From the NCBI GenBank assembly GCA_001790095.1, contig MGBH01000001.1, positions 60,001-92,000 of the forward strand: a DNA stretch of 32,000 nucleotides, read 5' to 3'. This DNA is from Candidatus Saccharimonadota bacterium. Its GTDB lineage: Bacteria; Patescibacteriota; Microgenomatia; UBA1406; GWC2-37-13. A program made the translations under genes and the position numbers. Positions 9,740-18,289 of this stretch are shown here, piece by piece. Under the pieces are notes generated by a model. That model ran no database searches. It saw only the letters and a program-made list of their open reading frames with translations, and was not told the DNA's origin. The first letter of the stretch is position 1; each line of letters starts with the position of its first letter.

Positions 9740-9768
9740 TTGACAAATTGTTACGGTTACCGTAACAT
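9740..9768 (+). promoter_or_regulatory. Promoter (-35 TTGACA 9740-9745, -10 TAACAT 9763-9768) with an embedded perfect inverted repeat GTTACGGT-T-ACCGTAAC (9750-9766), a putative MarR operator
   Basis: Read directly from the sequence. The spacer between the hexamers is 17 nt. The 8+1+8 palindrome fills the spacer and overlaps the -10. The MarR ATG lies 6 nt after the -10. Confidence 0.6.
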
Positions 9769-9774
9769 TGCAAT

Positions 9775-10173
9775 ATGGACAAACGGATCATTTTTTTGTT
9801 TACTCTCTATTTAATCGGTAGAAAGATAAGGAGTCATTATAAAAATAAAAACGAAGATGGGATGTTGACCGCCGCAATCCTCAACCTGCTATATCAACAG
9901 GGTGAGACAGTGACTAAGTTGGCACATAAACTATCGACAAAAGTCTCTGCTATATCAGAAAAGATCATGACGCTTGAAAAAGAAAAACTCGTAAAAAAGA
10001 TGAAGGTTGATGATGGAAGGGAAGTATTTGTCGAACTGACTCAGGAAGGAAAAAATAAGATTGCCAATCTTATAACGATTATGCAAAAACACTGTAGTTT
10101 TGTGACTCAAAAATTAACGGACAAAGAGATTAGAACAGTATTACCAATACTTGGTAAACTTACTGACTCCTGA
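9775..10173 (+). CDS. MarR-family winged-helix transcriptional regulator, 132 aa
   Basis: Track ORF. ETVTKLAHKLSTKVSAISEKIMTLEKEKLVKKMKVDDGREVFVELTQEGKNK shows the wHTH recognition helix plus beta-wing pattern of MarR. The start is uncertain; an alternative in-frame ATG is at 9862. Confidence 0.75.
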   Translation: MDKRIIFLFTLYLIGRKIRSHYKNKNEDGMLTAAILNLLYQQGETVTKLAHKLSTKVSAISEKIMTLEKEKLVKKMKVDDGREVFVELTQEGKNKIANLITIMQKHCSFVTQKLTDKEIRTVLPILGKLTDS

Positions 10174-10198
10174 TTATTATTTTAGATATACTTAGCTT

Positions 10199-11242
10199 AT
10201 GAAGAAGGTTTTTAATGTGTTTAAAAAAAGATGGTATGTTTTTCTAATAATCCTGCTTATTGGTGGTTTTTATCTATATAACAGACAATCTGTAGCTGCA
10301 AAAAAAGAACAAGAATCACTCTATACAATTAAGCGCCAAGATTTACGGGAATTGCTTTCTTTATCAGGCGAAATTGCAGCTGATGAGCATGTAATACTAC
10401 GGTTTCAAACCTCAGGGCGTTTGTCTTGGATAGGCGTAAAAGAAGGAGATATAGTGAAAAAATACCAAGGAATCGCTGCCCTTGACCAACGGGATCTGCA
10501 GAAACGGATGCAGAAAACCCTTAACGACTACGCAAAAGAACGCAACGATTTTGATCAATCAAAAGATGACAATCAACGTGTGGGCGATCAGCCTATTCGT
10601 GAAGAGGGTGATGCTATGAAGCGATTACTTGAAAAAGCACAGTACGATCTTACCAATTCAGTTTTAGATGTTGAGTTGCAGCAGCTTGTTAAGGAATATT
10701 CCTATCTTTATACTCCTATCGAAGGAATTGTGATCCGTATAGACAGTAAATATCCTGGAATAAATATTACGCCAACTGGTGCTGAGTTTGAGATATTAAA
10801 TCCCAGCACTCTCTATTATTCCTTTACAGCCGATCAGACCGAGGTGGTTAAGCTTAAGGAAGGTCAGCGGGGGGTGCTTGCCTTTGACTCGTATCCTGAA
10901 AAAGAACAGAGTGGAGAAATATACTATCTGTCATATACTCCCAAAAGCGGAGAAACAGGTACCGTATATGAAGGACGAATGAAATTGTTAAACGGTGACT
11001 TGATGGATTATAGATACGGTATGACAGGTGATGTAACCTTTACTTTAGAAGAAAAACACAATGTAGTCTCTGTCCCCTCAAGCTATGTATTGTCAGATAC
11101 GAAGGGAAAATATGTAGAGAAAAAAGAGGCAGGAAAAAAAATAAAAACTTATATCAAAGTGGGTTCAGAGATTGATACGATGTATGAAGTGTTAAAAGGA
11201 TTATCAGAAGGTGATGAGATTTATATTGCCACTTCCAAATAA
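10199..11242 (+). CDS. HlyD/MacA-like periplasmic adaptor (membrane fusion protein), 347 aa
   Basis: Track ORF. N-terminal TM anchor, then a coiled-coil-rich middle (DQRDLQKRMQKTLNDYAKERNDFDQSKDD), then a beta-barrel C-terminus. It sits directly upstream of the ABC ATPase and FtsX permeases. Confidence 0.8.
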   Translation: MKKVFNVFKKRWYVFLIILLIGGFYLYNRQSVAAKKEQESLYTIKRQDLRELLSLSGEIAADEHVILRFQTSGRLSWIGVKEGDIVKKYQGIAALDQRDLQKRMQKTLNDYAKERNDFDQSKDDNQRVGDQPIREEGDAMKRLLEKAQYDLTNSVLDVELQQLVKEYSYLYTPIEGIVIRIDSKYPGINITPTGAEFEILNPSTLYYSFTADQTEVVKLKEGQRGVLAFDSYPEKEQSGEIYYLSYTPKSGETGTVYEGRMKLLNGDLMDYRYGMTGDVTFTLEEKHNVVSVPSSYVLSDTKGKYVEKKEAGKKIKTYIKVGSEIDTMYEVLKGLSEGDEIYIATSK

Positions 11243-11245
11243 ACC

Positions 11246-11923
11246 ATGAGCGACATAATCAAAGTGGATAAAGTATGGAAAGAATATATGATGGGGGACG
11301 TGTTGTTTCAAGCGCTAAAAGACATAAATATCTTAGTTAAAGAAGGAGAGCTTTCGGCTATAGTTGGGCCATCAGGGAGTGGTAAATCAACACTTATGCA
11401 CATCATTGGACTTCTTGATAAGCCGACTCGTGGCAAAGTTTTTATTCAAGGAAAAGATATTTCTACTTTCACAGATAATAAGATATCAACTCTTCGTAAT
11501 GAGTTTGTAGGCTTTGTATTCCAACAGTTCAACTTGATCAACAAGTTAACGATATTGGAGAATATCATGCTTCCAAGCATCTATGCACGTAGAAAACTAA
11601 ACTATGATCCAAAAGAAAAGGCGCTTTATTTGATAAAGAGGTTTGGTTTAGTAGGGAAGGAAAATTCTTATCCCAACAAAATATCCGGAGGTCAACAACA
11701 AAGAGTAGCGATTGCTCGGGCTCTTATCATGAATCCCAAACTGATTCTTGCTGATGAGCCAACCGGTAATCTTGACTCCAAAAGCGGTAATGAGATTTTG
11801 AAACTTCTTAAAGAACTGAATCATAAGGAAAAAATGACCGTTATTATTGTTACTCATGATCAACTAGTTGCAAAAGAAACAAAACGAATAATACAAATTC
11901 GTGACGGAGAGGTAGTTGCATGA
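11246..11923 (+). CDS. ABC transporter ATP-binding protein, MacB/LolD/FtsE-type, 225 aa
   Basis: Walker [11 protein letters not shown]-loop FQQFNL, signature [15 protein letters not shown], Walker [13 protein letters not shown] and H-loop VTHD are all present. Confidence 0.95.
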   Translation: MSDIIKVDKVWKEYMMGDVLFQALKDINILVKEGELSAIVGPSGSGKSTLMHIIGLLDKPTRGKVFIQGKDISTFTDNKISTLRNEFVGFVFQQFNLINKLTILENIMLPSIYARRKLNYDPKEKALYLIKRFGLVGKENSYPNKISGGQQQRVAIARALIMNPKLILADEPTGNLDSKSGNEILKLLKELNHKEKMTVIIVTHDQLVAKETKRIIQIRDGEVVA

Positions 11924-13122
11924 GATACCTATCTTTTATATTTAAATCAGCCTTTTTAGATTTTTCCCGCAATAAAGGAAGAACAATCCTTACTTCTTTG
12001 GGGATTTTGATCGGAGTATTATCGGTCGTACTTCTTATGGCGCTTGGGTTAGGGTTAAAGAAATATATTTCAAATCAATTTGACAGTCTTGGTGCAAATC
12101 TTATCTATGTTATGCCAGGTAATGAAAAAGCCATGACAAGCGGGGCCGGGATGATGGGAGGTATTAAATTTGACGATAAAGATGTACTAAGAGTAAAGCG
12201 GATTGAGGGGTGTGAGGTGGTGGCGCCCGTGTTTGCTAAGCCTGGTATTGAAATGGAGGCAAATGGTAACTCAGAGACAGGAGAACTTATCGCCTCAACA
12301 GATGAAATAAATATTGTTATGAATCTTCAGCTTGAAGAAGGTAGACTGCTTGAGCACAGAGACAATGATAAACGTGCAAAGACCATTGTAATTAGCCCAA
12401 AAATAGCCGAGAAGTTATTTGATAATCAAAGAAACGCACTAGGCAAAACTATAACGATAGAAGGACAGAACTTTAAGGTAATCGGTATATATAAATCTAA
12501 AGGAGGAGGGGGTTTGGGAGGGTCGGACATGGACTCGCATGTTTTTGTCTCAAACGCTGCAGCATATGTGTTTAACACAGAAAAAAAATATTTTGCAATT
12601 TATGCAAAAGCGGAGTCAAAAGATTTGATAGACCGGGTAAAAAAAGATATTAAAACTTCACTATTGAAACGTTACGATGAAAAACAATTTTCAGTAGTAG
12701 ATCAGGCAGAGATAATGGGAACGATTAACCAAATATTTAACGTGTTAAATACGGTATTGGTAGCTATCGCTGCAATCTCACTTGTTGTTGGGGGAATTGG
12801 AATTATGAATATAATGTATGTGACCGTATCAGAGCGCATCCGAGAAATAGGGATTAGACGGGCGCTTGGAGCGCAAAGCAAAGATATTCTTTATCAGTTT
12901 CTTATTGAGTCAGTTCTTCTATCTATTTTCGGTGGGATATTTGGTTTAGGACTTGCCTATGGTATCGTCTATTTGTTGCAAAGTCTGTTTCCTGCATATA
13001 TTGATCTTATTTCAATAATACTGTCACTTGGTGTTTCATCAGTTATTGGTATTGTTTTTGGTGTTTTTCCTGCGAAAAAAGCAGCTGATCTGTCGCCAAT
13101 AGACGCGATACGTTACGAATAA
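11920..13122 (+). CDS. ABC transporter permease, FtsX/MacB-type, 400 aa (paralogue 1)
   Basis: TM1, then a large periplasmic domain, then three C-terminal TM spans with the ERIREIGIRRALGA motif. Its start overlaps the ATPase stop by 4 nt. Confidence 0.9.
   Translation: MRYLSFIFKSAFLDFSRNKGRTILTSLGILIGVLSVVLLMALGLGLKKYISNQFDSLGANLIYVMPGNEKAMTSGAGMMGGIKFDDKDVLRVKRIEGCEVVAPVFAKPGIEMEANGNSETGELIASTDEINIVMNLQLEEGRLLEHRDNDKRAKTIVISPKIAEKLFDNQRNALGKTITIEGQNFKVIGIYKSKGGGGLGGSDMDSHVFVSNAAAYVFNTEKKYFAIYAKAESKDLIDRVKKDIKTSLLKRYDEKQFSVVDQAEIMGTINQIFNVLNTVLVAIAAISLVVGGIGIMNIMYVTVSERIREIGIRRALGAQSKDILYQFLIESVLLSIFGGIFGLGLAYGIVYLLQSLFPAYIDLISIILSLGVSSVIGIVFGVFPAKKAADLSPIDAIRYE
13057..13086 (+). repeat. 30-nt exact direct repeat (copy 1) shared by the 3' ends of the two FtsX genes
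   Basis: tttggtgtttttcctgcgaaaaaagcagct occurs at 13057-13086 and again at 14278-14307. Confidence 0.85.
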
Positions 13123-13131
13123 TATTGTTCT

Positions 13132-14343
13132 ATGAATTATATTTCATTTGTACTTGCTTCGGCTCTTTCAGATCTTTTCCGTAACAAATTAAGAACATTT
13201 TTAACCTCTCTTGGTATTCTAATCGGCGTAGCATCTGTTGTGCTCCTTTTAGCATTTGGGCTGGGTCTGAAAGAATTTATCCGTCAGCAATTTGACAGTT
13301 TAGGAACAAATTTGGTTTTTGTTTTGCCGGGTCGAATATTTGGTCAAGGAGGAGGATTTCAAGCCACAGGAGCTTTGGGTGGGATTAAGTTTGATGAAAA
13401 AGATCTTTTCAATCTGAAACGGATAGATGAAGCAAGATACACCGTTGGGGTTTTTTCAAAGACGATGAAGTTCCAGAGTGGCGGAAAATCAGAGTATGGT
13501 TCACTTTATGCGGCATCTGAGGAGATATTTCCTGCACGGAATCTTGAGGTTGAATTTGGACGAACATTTGACAAAACCGACGTGGACAAAAGAAGCAAAG
13601 TGGTGGTGATGGGTCCAAAGATCGCAGAGAAGATCTTTGGAAAAGCTCCCCTTGCTTTGGGGAAAAATATTAGAGTTGAGTCAACACAAACTTATAAAGT
13701 CATTGGTATTTTAAAATCTAAAGGTGGTGGTGGGTTTGGCGGACCAGACTTTGATAGATTTGTATATATTCCCTATAAGACAGCATATGTATACAACCCA
13801 ACAAAATCATTTGTTTCTTTGTTTTTAAGGGGGTCTTCAGAAGAAGATGTGCCAATCATCAAACAAAAAATAAACGAGATACTTTTAAAAAGATATAAAG
13901 AGGATGATTTTACCATCGCTGACTCAAAAGAATTTATTTCAACTATCTCTTCTATCTTTACGATCCTTAACTCAGTTCTTGTTGCCATAGGCGCCGTATC
14001 GCTTATCGTTGGAGGGATTGGAATAATGAATATTATGTATGTCTCAGTCACCGAACGTATCCGAGAGATAGGTATTAGGCGGGCTCTTGGGGCAACAGAG
14101 CAAGACATCTTATATCAATTCTTAGTGGAGTCGGTTTTATTATCACTTATTGGAGGATTTGCGGGGCTTGGACTTGCCTTTGGAGTAGTTATCCTTATTC
14201 AGCCGCTTTTCCCAGCAATTATCGATCTTGTCTCGATACTTATTGCCGTTGGAACGTCGTCGTTTATCGGAATTTTCTTTGGTGTTTTTCCTGCGAAAAA
14301 AGCAGCTACTTTATCTCCGATCGATGCGATACGGTATGAGTGA
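13132..14343 (+). CDS. ABC transporter permease, FtsX/MacB-type, 403 aa (paralogue 2)
   Basis: Same architecture and motif (ERIREIGIRRALGA) as the preceding gene, with which it is clearly paralogous along its full length. Confidence 0.9.
   Translation: MNYISFVLASALSDLFRNKLRTFLTSLGILIGVASVVLLLAFGLGLKEFIRQQFDSLGTNLVFVLPGRIFGQGGGFQATGALGGIKFDEKDLFNLKRIDEARYTVGVFSKTMKFQSGGKSEYGSLYAASEEIFPARNLEVEFGRTFDKTDVDKRSKVVVMGPKIAEKIFGKAPLALGKNIRVESTQTYKVIGILKSKGGGGFGGPDFDRFVYIPYKTAYVYNPTKSFVSLFLRGSSEEDVPIIKQKINEILLKRYKEDDFTIADSKEFISTISSIFTILNSVLVAIGAVSLIVGGIGIMNIMYVSVTERIREIGIRRALGATEQDILYQFLVESVLLSLIGGFAGLGLAFGVVILIQPLFPAIIDLVSILIAVGTSSFIGIFFGVFPAKKAATLSPIDAIRYE
14278..14307 (+). repeat. 30-nt exact direct repeat (copy 2)
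   Basis: Identical to 13057-13086. Encodes FGVFPAKKAA in both paralogues. Confidence 0.85.
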
Positions 14344-15448
14344 CATGATACATAAAATCAGTTATCTGTTTTTTAAAAATCTCTTCTGTATATCGCTCAG
14401 CTTCAAGGCGAGCGTGTTTTCTCATGTCAATATATTCTGTTCCAGAAAGAGACTCAAGTTTCTTTACTTTCTCAAACAATGATTCTTCACTTTGATCTTT
14501 AAAAAGATATCCATTATTTCCCTCTTTTACCGTCTCAATCAAGCCTCCTGATGCATATGCTATGACGGGGATGCCGTGGCCCATCGCTTCAATCGGAGCG
14601 ATACCAAATTCCTCATCAACCGATGCAAAGAGAAATGCTTTTGCACTCGCGTATATTTCTTTTAATTTTTCATCAGACACGTTACCCATGAACTCAACCG
14701 TTTTTCCCGCAAATGATTTCAGATAATTCATATCACGACCCGCTCCGATGATCTTTAATTGGAACTTATATTTATTTGCAGTTTTGATGAGAAGATCTAT
14801 ATGTTTTGCCCGAGCAAGTCGAGAGACAGTGAGGTAATAGTTGGTAGGGAGGAGTTGGTAGAGGGGAGGATTTTGGGGTATAAAAACGGGTGGATAAATA
14901 ACTGTTGATTTACGGCGATAGAATTTTTCAATACGTTTTTGTGTCTCAACAGAATTTGCGATTAAATGATCTGGTCGTTGAGATGCTTCAAAATCCCATA
15001 TGCGAAGGAAAAAATTAATGATGGTTCCGTATATCTTAATGATTGGATTTTTCTGCCATTCAACAGCTGTTTCATAACCATATAAATAGCGAGGGGGGTG
15101 GTGGATATAACTTATATGAAGGGTTGGGTGTTTTGTTTTTATTCCCTTGCACATCCAAGCACCTGTTGAGGAGATGACAAGATCATATGATGAGAAATCA
15201 AATGATTCCCAGATGAGGGGAGTAAGAAAACGAAGGGGTGAATAAAGGCGATTGATAAGGGGAATTTTACCGAACCATGAAGTTTTGACACTCCATGTTT
15301 TAATGAGTCCCTCATGCTCTCCAAGTGAGTTGGGGCTAAAAGTTGATGTATATACATGAGCTTGAGGGAAGATTTTTTTTAACTCAACTAGTACCCGCTC
15401 TGCGCCACCAAATTCACGCAGTTGATCGTGTACAATCGCAATTTTCAT
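14306..15448 (-). CDS. GT4 family (GT-B fold) glycosyltransferase, 380 aa
   Basis: C-terminal EEFGIAPIEAMGHGIPVIAYASGGLIETV is the GT4 EX7E-type motif. Its 3' end converges on and overlaps the permease 3' end by 38 nt. Confidence 0.9.
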   Translation of the reverse strand: MKIAIVHDQLREFGGAERVLVELKKIFPQAHVYTSTFSPNSLGEHEGLIKTWSVKTSWFGKIPLINRLYSPLRFLTPLIWESFDFSSYDLVISSTGAWMCKGIKTKHPTLHISYIHHPPRYLYGYETAVEWQKNPIIKIYGTIINFFLRIWDFEASQRPDHLIANSVETQKRIEKFYRRKSTVIYPPVFIPQNPPLYQLLPTNYYLTVSRLARAKHIDLLIKTANKYKFQLKIIGAGRDMNYLKSFAGKTVEFMGNVSDEKLKEIYASAKAFLFASVDEEFGIAPIEAMGHGIPVIAYASGGLIETVKEGNNGYLFKDQSEESLFEKVKKLESLSGTEYIDMRKHARLEAERYTEEIFKKQITDFMYHVTHTVSHRSEIK

Positions 15449-15454
15449 TTTTAT

Positions 15455-15460
15455 ATTATA
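15455..15460 (-). promoter_or_regulatory. -10 box TATAAT, 6 nt upstream of the GT4 ATG (leaderless-type arrangement)
   Basis: The plus strand reads attata at 15455-15460. The spacer 15449-15454 is 6 nt and contains no SD motif. Confidence 0.45.
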
Positions 15461-15484
15461 CTTGAATGATCAACTTCCCATAAG

Positions 15485-16636
15485 ATGAAAACAAAACTTC
15501 CAAGTAAAAGATATAGAATCGTAGCGGTTATTTTTTCATTTTTTGTATTCGTTCATTTGGCATTTTCTCTCCAAAAAATACTTACGAGCTTAGCTCCTGA
15601 TTTCAGCATTTTTTATTATTCAACCGTTGATTTCATGCGTGGCATTAATCCTTATACAGATATACATTTATACACGGTGTATAACTATCCTCCTCTGACC
15701 AATACATTGTATCTTCCATTGGTATTGCTGCCGTATCATGTATCACAAGCACTATTCATCATGCTAAGTTTTATTTCGGTTTTCATCATCGTTTATTTTT
15801 CAATGAAGTTGTCTCAATTGAAATTGAATTTTGAGATGTATATCACAGTAGTTTCATTGGTTTTACTGTCTTTTCCAACAAAATTTACGCTTGGTATGGG
15901 TCAGTCTAATCTGATCGCATATGCACTTCTTCTCATAGGACTTTATCTGTTTGAAAAAAATATCAGAGTAGGTAGTAGTGTCTTGATTGGGTTAGCTATC
16001 CTGTTTAAACCGATGTTAGTCCTTATATTATTGGTATTTTTCATCAACAGGAAATGGAAAGAGTTGATGATGATTGGAGTTTTTATCGGAGTGTTTGCGT
16101 GCATTGTATTATGGTGGGGTAGAGGTACACTATTTATTTCATTTTTTCAGACGGTATTACCAAAGCTTTTTAAAACACAAGGAATACAGACTTATTACAA
16201 TCAAAGCTTTTCCTCGTTTGTCGCAAGATTAACTACTTCTGAATTTTATCTAAGACTGCTTTCTTTTCTATGTAATGGAACTTTATTGGCATATGCCCTT
16301 ATATTTTTGAAAAAAAACAAGGCAAACAAAGCTCTTCAATATGGCTTTATTTTGACGGTACTTGTGATCATCAACAATTTATCCTGGCAACATCATTTTA
16401 TAGTTCTTATATATCCATTTATTTTTTGTATGAAGTTATGTTTAGAATCAAAATCAAAAATTCACTTCTTGTTACTACTATTTACATATCTTTTAGTCAG
16501 CTGGAATTTTAAAAATCCTATTCCCTTTTCTTGGTTCCCCGCAAATCTATTACTTTCACATCAGTTATATGGTGCTATAATCATTGCATCTCTTCTTGCT
16601 TTTTCATCCCCCCAATCCTCAGCAAAAAATATATAA
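15485..16636 (+). CDS. GT87/DUF2029-like polytopic membrane glycosyltransferase candidate, 383 aa
   Basis: Track ORF. INPYTDIHLYTVYNYPPLTNTLYLPLVLLPY matches the Y-x-YPP loop motif of DUF2029/GT87 mannosyltransferase-like proteins. About 10 TM spans. Confidence 0.65.
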   Translation: MKTKLPSKRYRIVAVIFSFFVFVHLAFSLQKILTSLAPDFSIFYYSTVDFMRGINPYTDIHLYTVYNYPPLTNTLYLPLVLLPYHVSQALFIMLSFISVFIIVYFSMKLSQLKLNFEMYITVVSLVLLSFPTKFTLGMGQSNLIAYALLLIGLYLFEKNIRVGSSVLIGLAILFKPMLVLILLVFFINRKWKELMMIGVFIGVFACIVLWWGRGTLFISFFQTVLPKLFKTQGIQTYYNQSFSSFVARLTTSEFYLRLLSFLCNGTLLAYALIFLKKNKANKALQYGFILTVLVIINNLSWQHHFIVLIYPFIFCMKLCLESKSKIHFLLLLFTYLLVSWNFKNPIPFSWFPANLLLSHQLYGAIIIASLLAFSSPQSSAKNI

Positions 16637-16644
16637 TTCATAGC

Positions 16645-17421
16645 ATGAATTACCTACATGCAATTACGCTTGGAATTGTTGAAGGAATGACTGAATTTTT
16701 ACCCATTTCTTCAACTGCACACCTTATCATCGTGTCAAAACTTCTTCGACTTCCTTCTTCTGATTTTCAAAAGTTCTTTGAAGTATTTATACAGTCTGGA
16801 GCGATTCTTGCCATCATACTTATTTATTTTGAATATATTTTGAAACACAAAGAGATTTTAAAAAAGATAGGACTTTCATTTATACCAACGGCTATTATTG
16901 GGTTCCTTCTGTATAAAGTCATCAAAACAATTTTTTTTGAGTCGGGAATACTTATCATCATGGCAATGTTTTCGGTTGGAATACTTTTTTTTGTGTTGGA
17001 ATATTTTATTTCAAGTAAAAAAATTTCACTTACGCGTTCTCTTAACGGTCTTACCTTTGCGCAGGCTGTTTTTATAGGTTTGGCACAGTCTTTAGCGGTG
17101 GTGCCTGGAGTATCCCGTTCGGGGATAGTGATGCTTTATATGATGCTGGTAGGATATAAGCGTGATGAAGCCGCTCTATACTCCTTTCTTTTGGCAGCTC
17201 CGACCATAATAGCCGCATCAGGATATGATTTGTTCAAAATGAGGCATATTTTTAATGATTCCATACATTACCTACCACTATTATTAGTCGGGCTTATTAC
17301 GTCCTTTTTGGTGGCATATGTCGTTATAAAGTGGTTTATTGGCTTTTTGAAAAACAACTCTCTTGTCCCCTTTGGAATTTACCGGGTAGTACTTGCTATA
17401 ATATTGTTGTTTATTCGTTAA
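16645..17421 (+). CDS. uppP: Undecaprenyl-diphosphatase (UppP/BacA), 258 aa
   Basis: MNYLHAITLGIVEGMTEFLPISSTAHLII and PGVSRSG are the two conserved UppP motifs. The track ORF starts at 16531 inside the previous gene; ATG 16645 gives the canonical N-terminus. Confidence 0.93.
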   Translation: MNYLHAITLGIVEGMTEFLPISSTAHLIIVSKLLRLPSSDFQKFFEVFIQSGAILAIILIYFEYILKHKEILKKIGLSFIPTAIIGFLLYKVIKTIFFESGILIIMAMFSVGILFFVLEYFISSKKISLTRSLNGLTFAQAVFIGLAQSLAVVPGVSRSGIVMLYMMLVGYKRDEAALYSFLLAAPTIIAASGYDLFKMRHIFNDSIHYLPLLLVGLITSFLVAYVVIKWFIGFLKNNSLVPFGIYRVVLAIILLFIR

Positions 17422-17440
17422 ACTAGGATTAGTTTTTTAA

Positions 17441-17515
17441 GTCTCTGTAGTTCAACGGATAGAATGTGGGTTTCCGGAACCCATGATGGGAGTTCAATTC
17501 TCCCCGGAGACACCA
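17441..17515 (+). tRNA. tRNA-Arg (anticodon CCG), CCA encoded
   Basis: Hand-folded cloverleaf. Acceptor GTCTCTG/CGGAGAC, D stem GTTC/GAAT, anticodon stem TGGGT/ACCCA with loop TTCCGGA, T arm GGGAG-TTCAATT-CTCCC, then A-CCA. Confidence 0.85.
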
Positions 17516-17586
17516 GGGCCTATGGTTCAACGGAAGAATGTGGCATTCGCATTGCCAAGATCCGAGTTCAATTCTCGGTAGGTCCA
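17516..17586 (+). tRNA. tRNA-Ala (anticodon CGC), no encoded CCA
   Basis: Acceptor GGGCCTA/TAGGTCC carries the G3:U70 Ala identity pair. Anticodon stem TGGCA/TGCCA with loop TTCGCAT. T arm CCGAG-TTCAATT-CTCGG. It starts at the base immediately after the CCA of tRNA-Arg. Confidence 0.85.
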
Positions 17587-17587
17587 C

Positions 17588-18196
17588 ATGATAAAAAATC
17601 TTATTTTTGATTTGGGACAGGTTCTCCTTTTGCAGGAGAGAATTGAGATGTATGTATATCTTGCTAAAATATTTTCAATTCCTAAAGAAGAAGCCTTAGA
17701 ATTTTACTTCCAATACAAACGAGACTTAGTCACAGGTCGTATCAGTTCGCAAGACATGCTGCAGGTATTGAGTACGAAGTTCAAAACCCACAAATCCATA
17801 AATCAACTGATGGATGAATATAGGGCTTTATATTTGGCTGATTATAAGGGAGTAAACACGGAACTTCTTAATTATGTTGACAAGCTCAAAGAAAAATATT
17901 CTTTGTATATCTTTACTAACACTGTTGATGTACATGATGAAGAGGCGCAAAAACTCCCGATCTATAAGCATTTTTTGCGCGTATTCAAATCATACACTGA
18001 TCACATCATCAAACCAGAAGTACAATCATACCAGTATGTCGTAAACAAGATACAAGCAAAGCCTGAAGAATGCTTGTTTATAGATGATTTAGAGGAAAAT
18101 GTTGAAGGGGCTATAAAAGCAGGACTTATGGGTTTAGTTTATATCAATTTTGAACGGTTAAAAAAAGATTTCAAGGATATTGGGGTAGAAGTTTGA
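17588..18196 (+). CDS. HAD-superfamily hydrolase (subfamily IA-like), 202 aa
   Basis: Motif I IFDLGQVLL at the N-terminus, a TN motif (YIFTNT) and an acidic motif LFIDDLEENVEGA near the C-terminus. Confidence 0.85.
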   Translation: MIKNLIFDLGQVLLLQERIEMYVYLAKIFSIPKEEALEFYFQYKRDLVTGRISSQDMLQVLSTKFKTHKSINQLMDEYRALYLADYKGVNTELLNYVDKLKEKYSLYIFTNTVDVHDEEAQKLPIYKHFLRVFKSYTDHIIKPEVQSYQYVVNKIQAKPEECLFIDDLEENVEGAIKAGLMGLVYINFERLKKDFKDIGVEV

Positions 18197-18217
18197 TATA
18201 CTTGAAAGAGTAAAAAA

Positions 18218-18289
18218 GCGCCTATAGCTCAGCGGTAGAGCGCTACTCTTATAAAGTAGATGTCCTTGGTCCGAATCCAAGTGGGCGCA
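18218..18289 (+). tRNA. tRNA-Ile with anticodon UAU (reads AUA)
   Basis: Acceptor GCGCCTA/TGGGCGC, D arm GCTC-AGCGGTA-GAGC, anticodon stem CTACT/AGTAG with loop CTTATAA (TAT at 18250-18252), T arm CTTGG-TCCGAAT-CCAAG. The T loop reads TCC rather than the usual TTC. Confidence 0.75.

Noticed and set aside
9862-10173. Shorter MarR CDS starting at the internal ATG 9862
   Set aside because: It would give only about 103 aa, short for a MarR dimerisation plus wHTH fold, and has no SD motif at a suitable distance. The 9775 start fits the -10 plus 6 nt pattern seen elsewhere, but this remains unresolved.
16531-16644. Upstream extension of the uppP ORF
   Set aside because: It lies within the preceding GT87-like gene in another frame. 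The canonical UppP N-terminus MNYLHAITLGIVEG begins at 16645.
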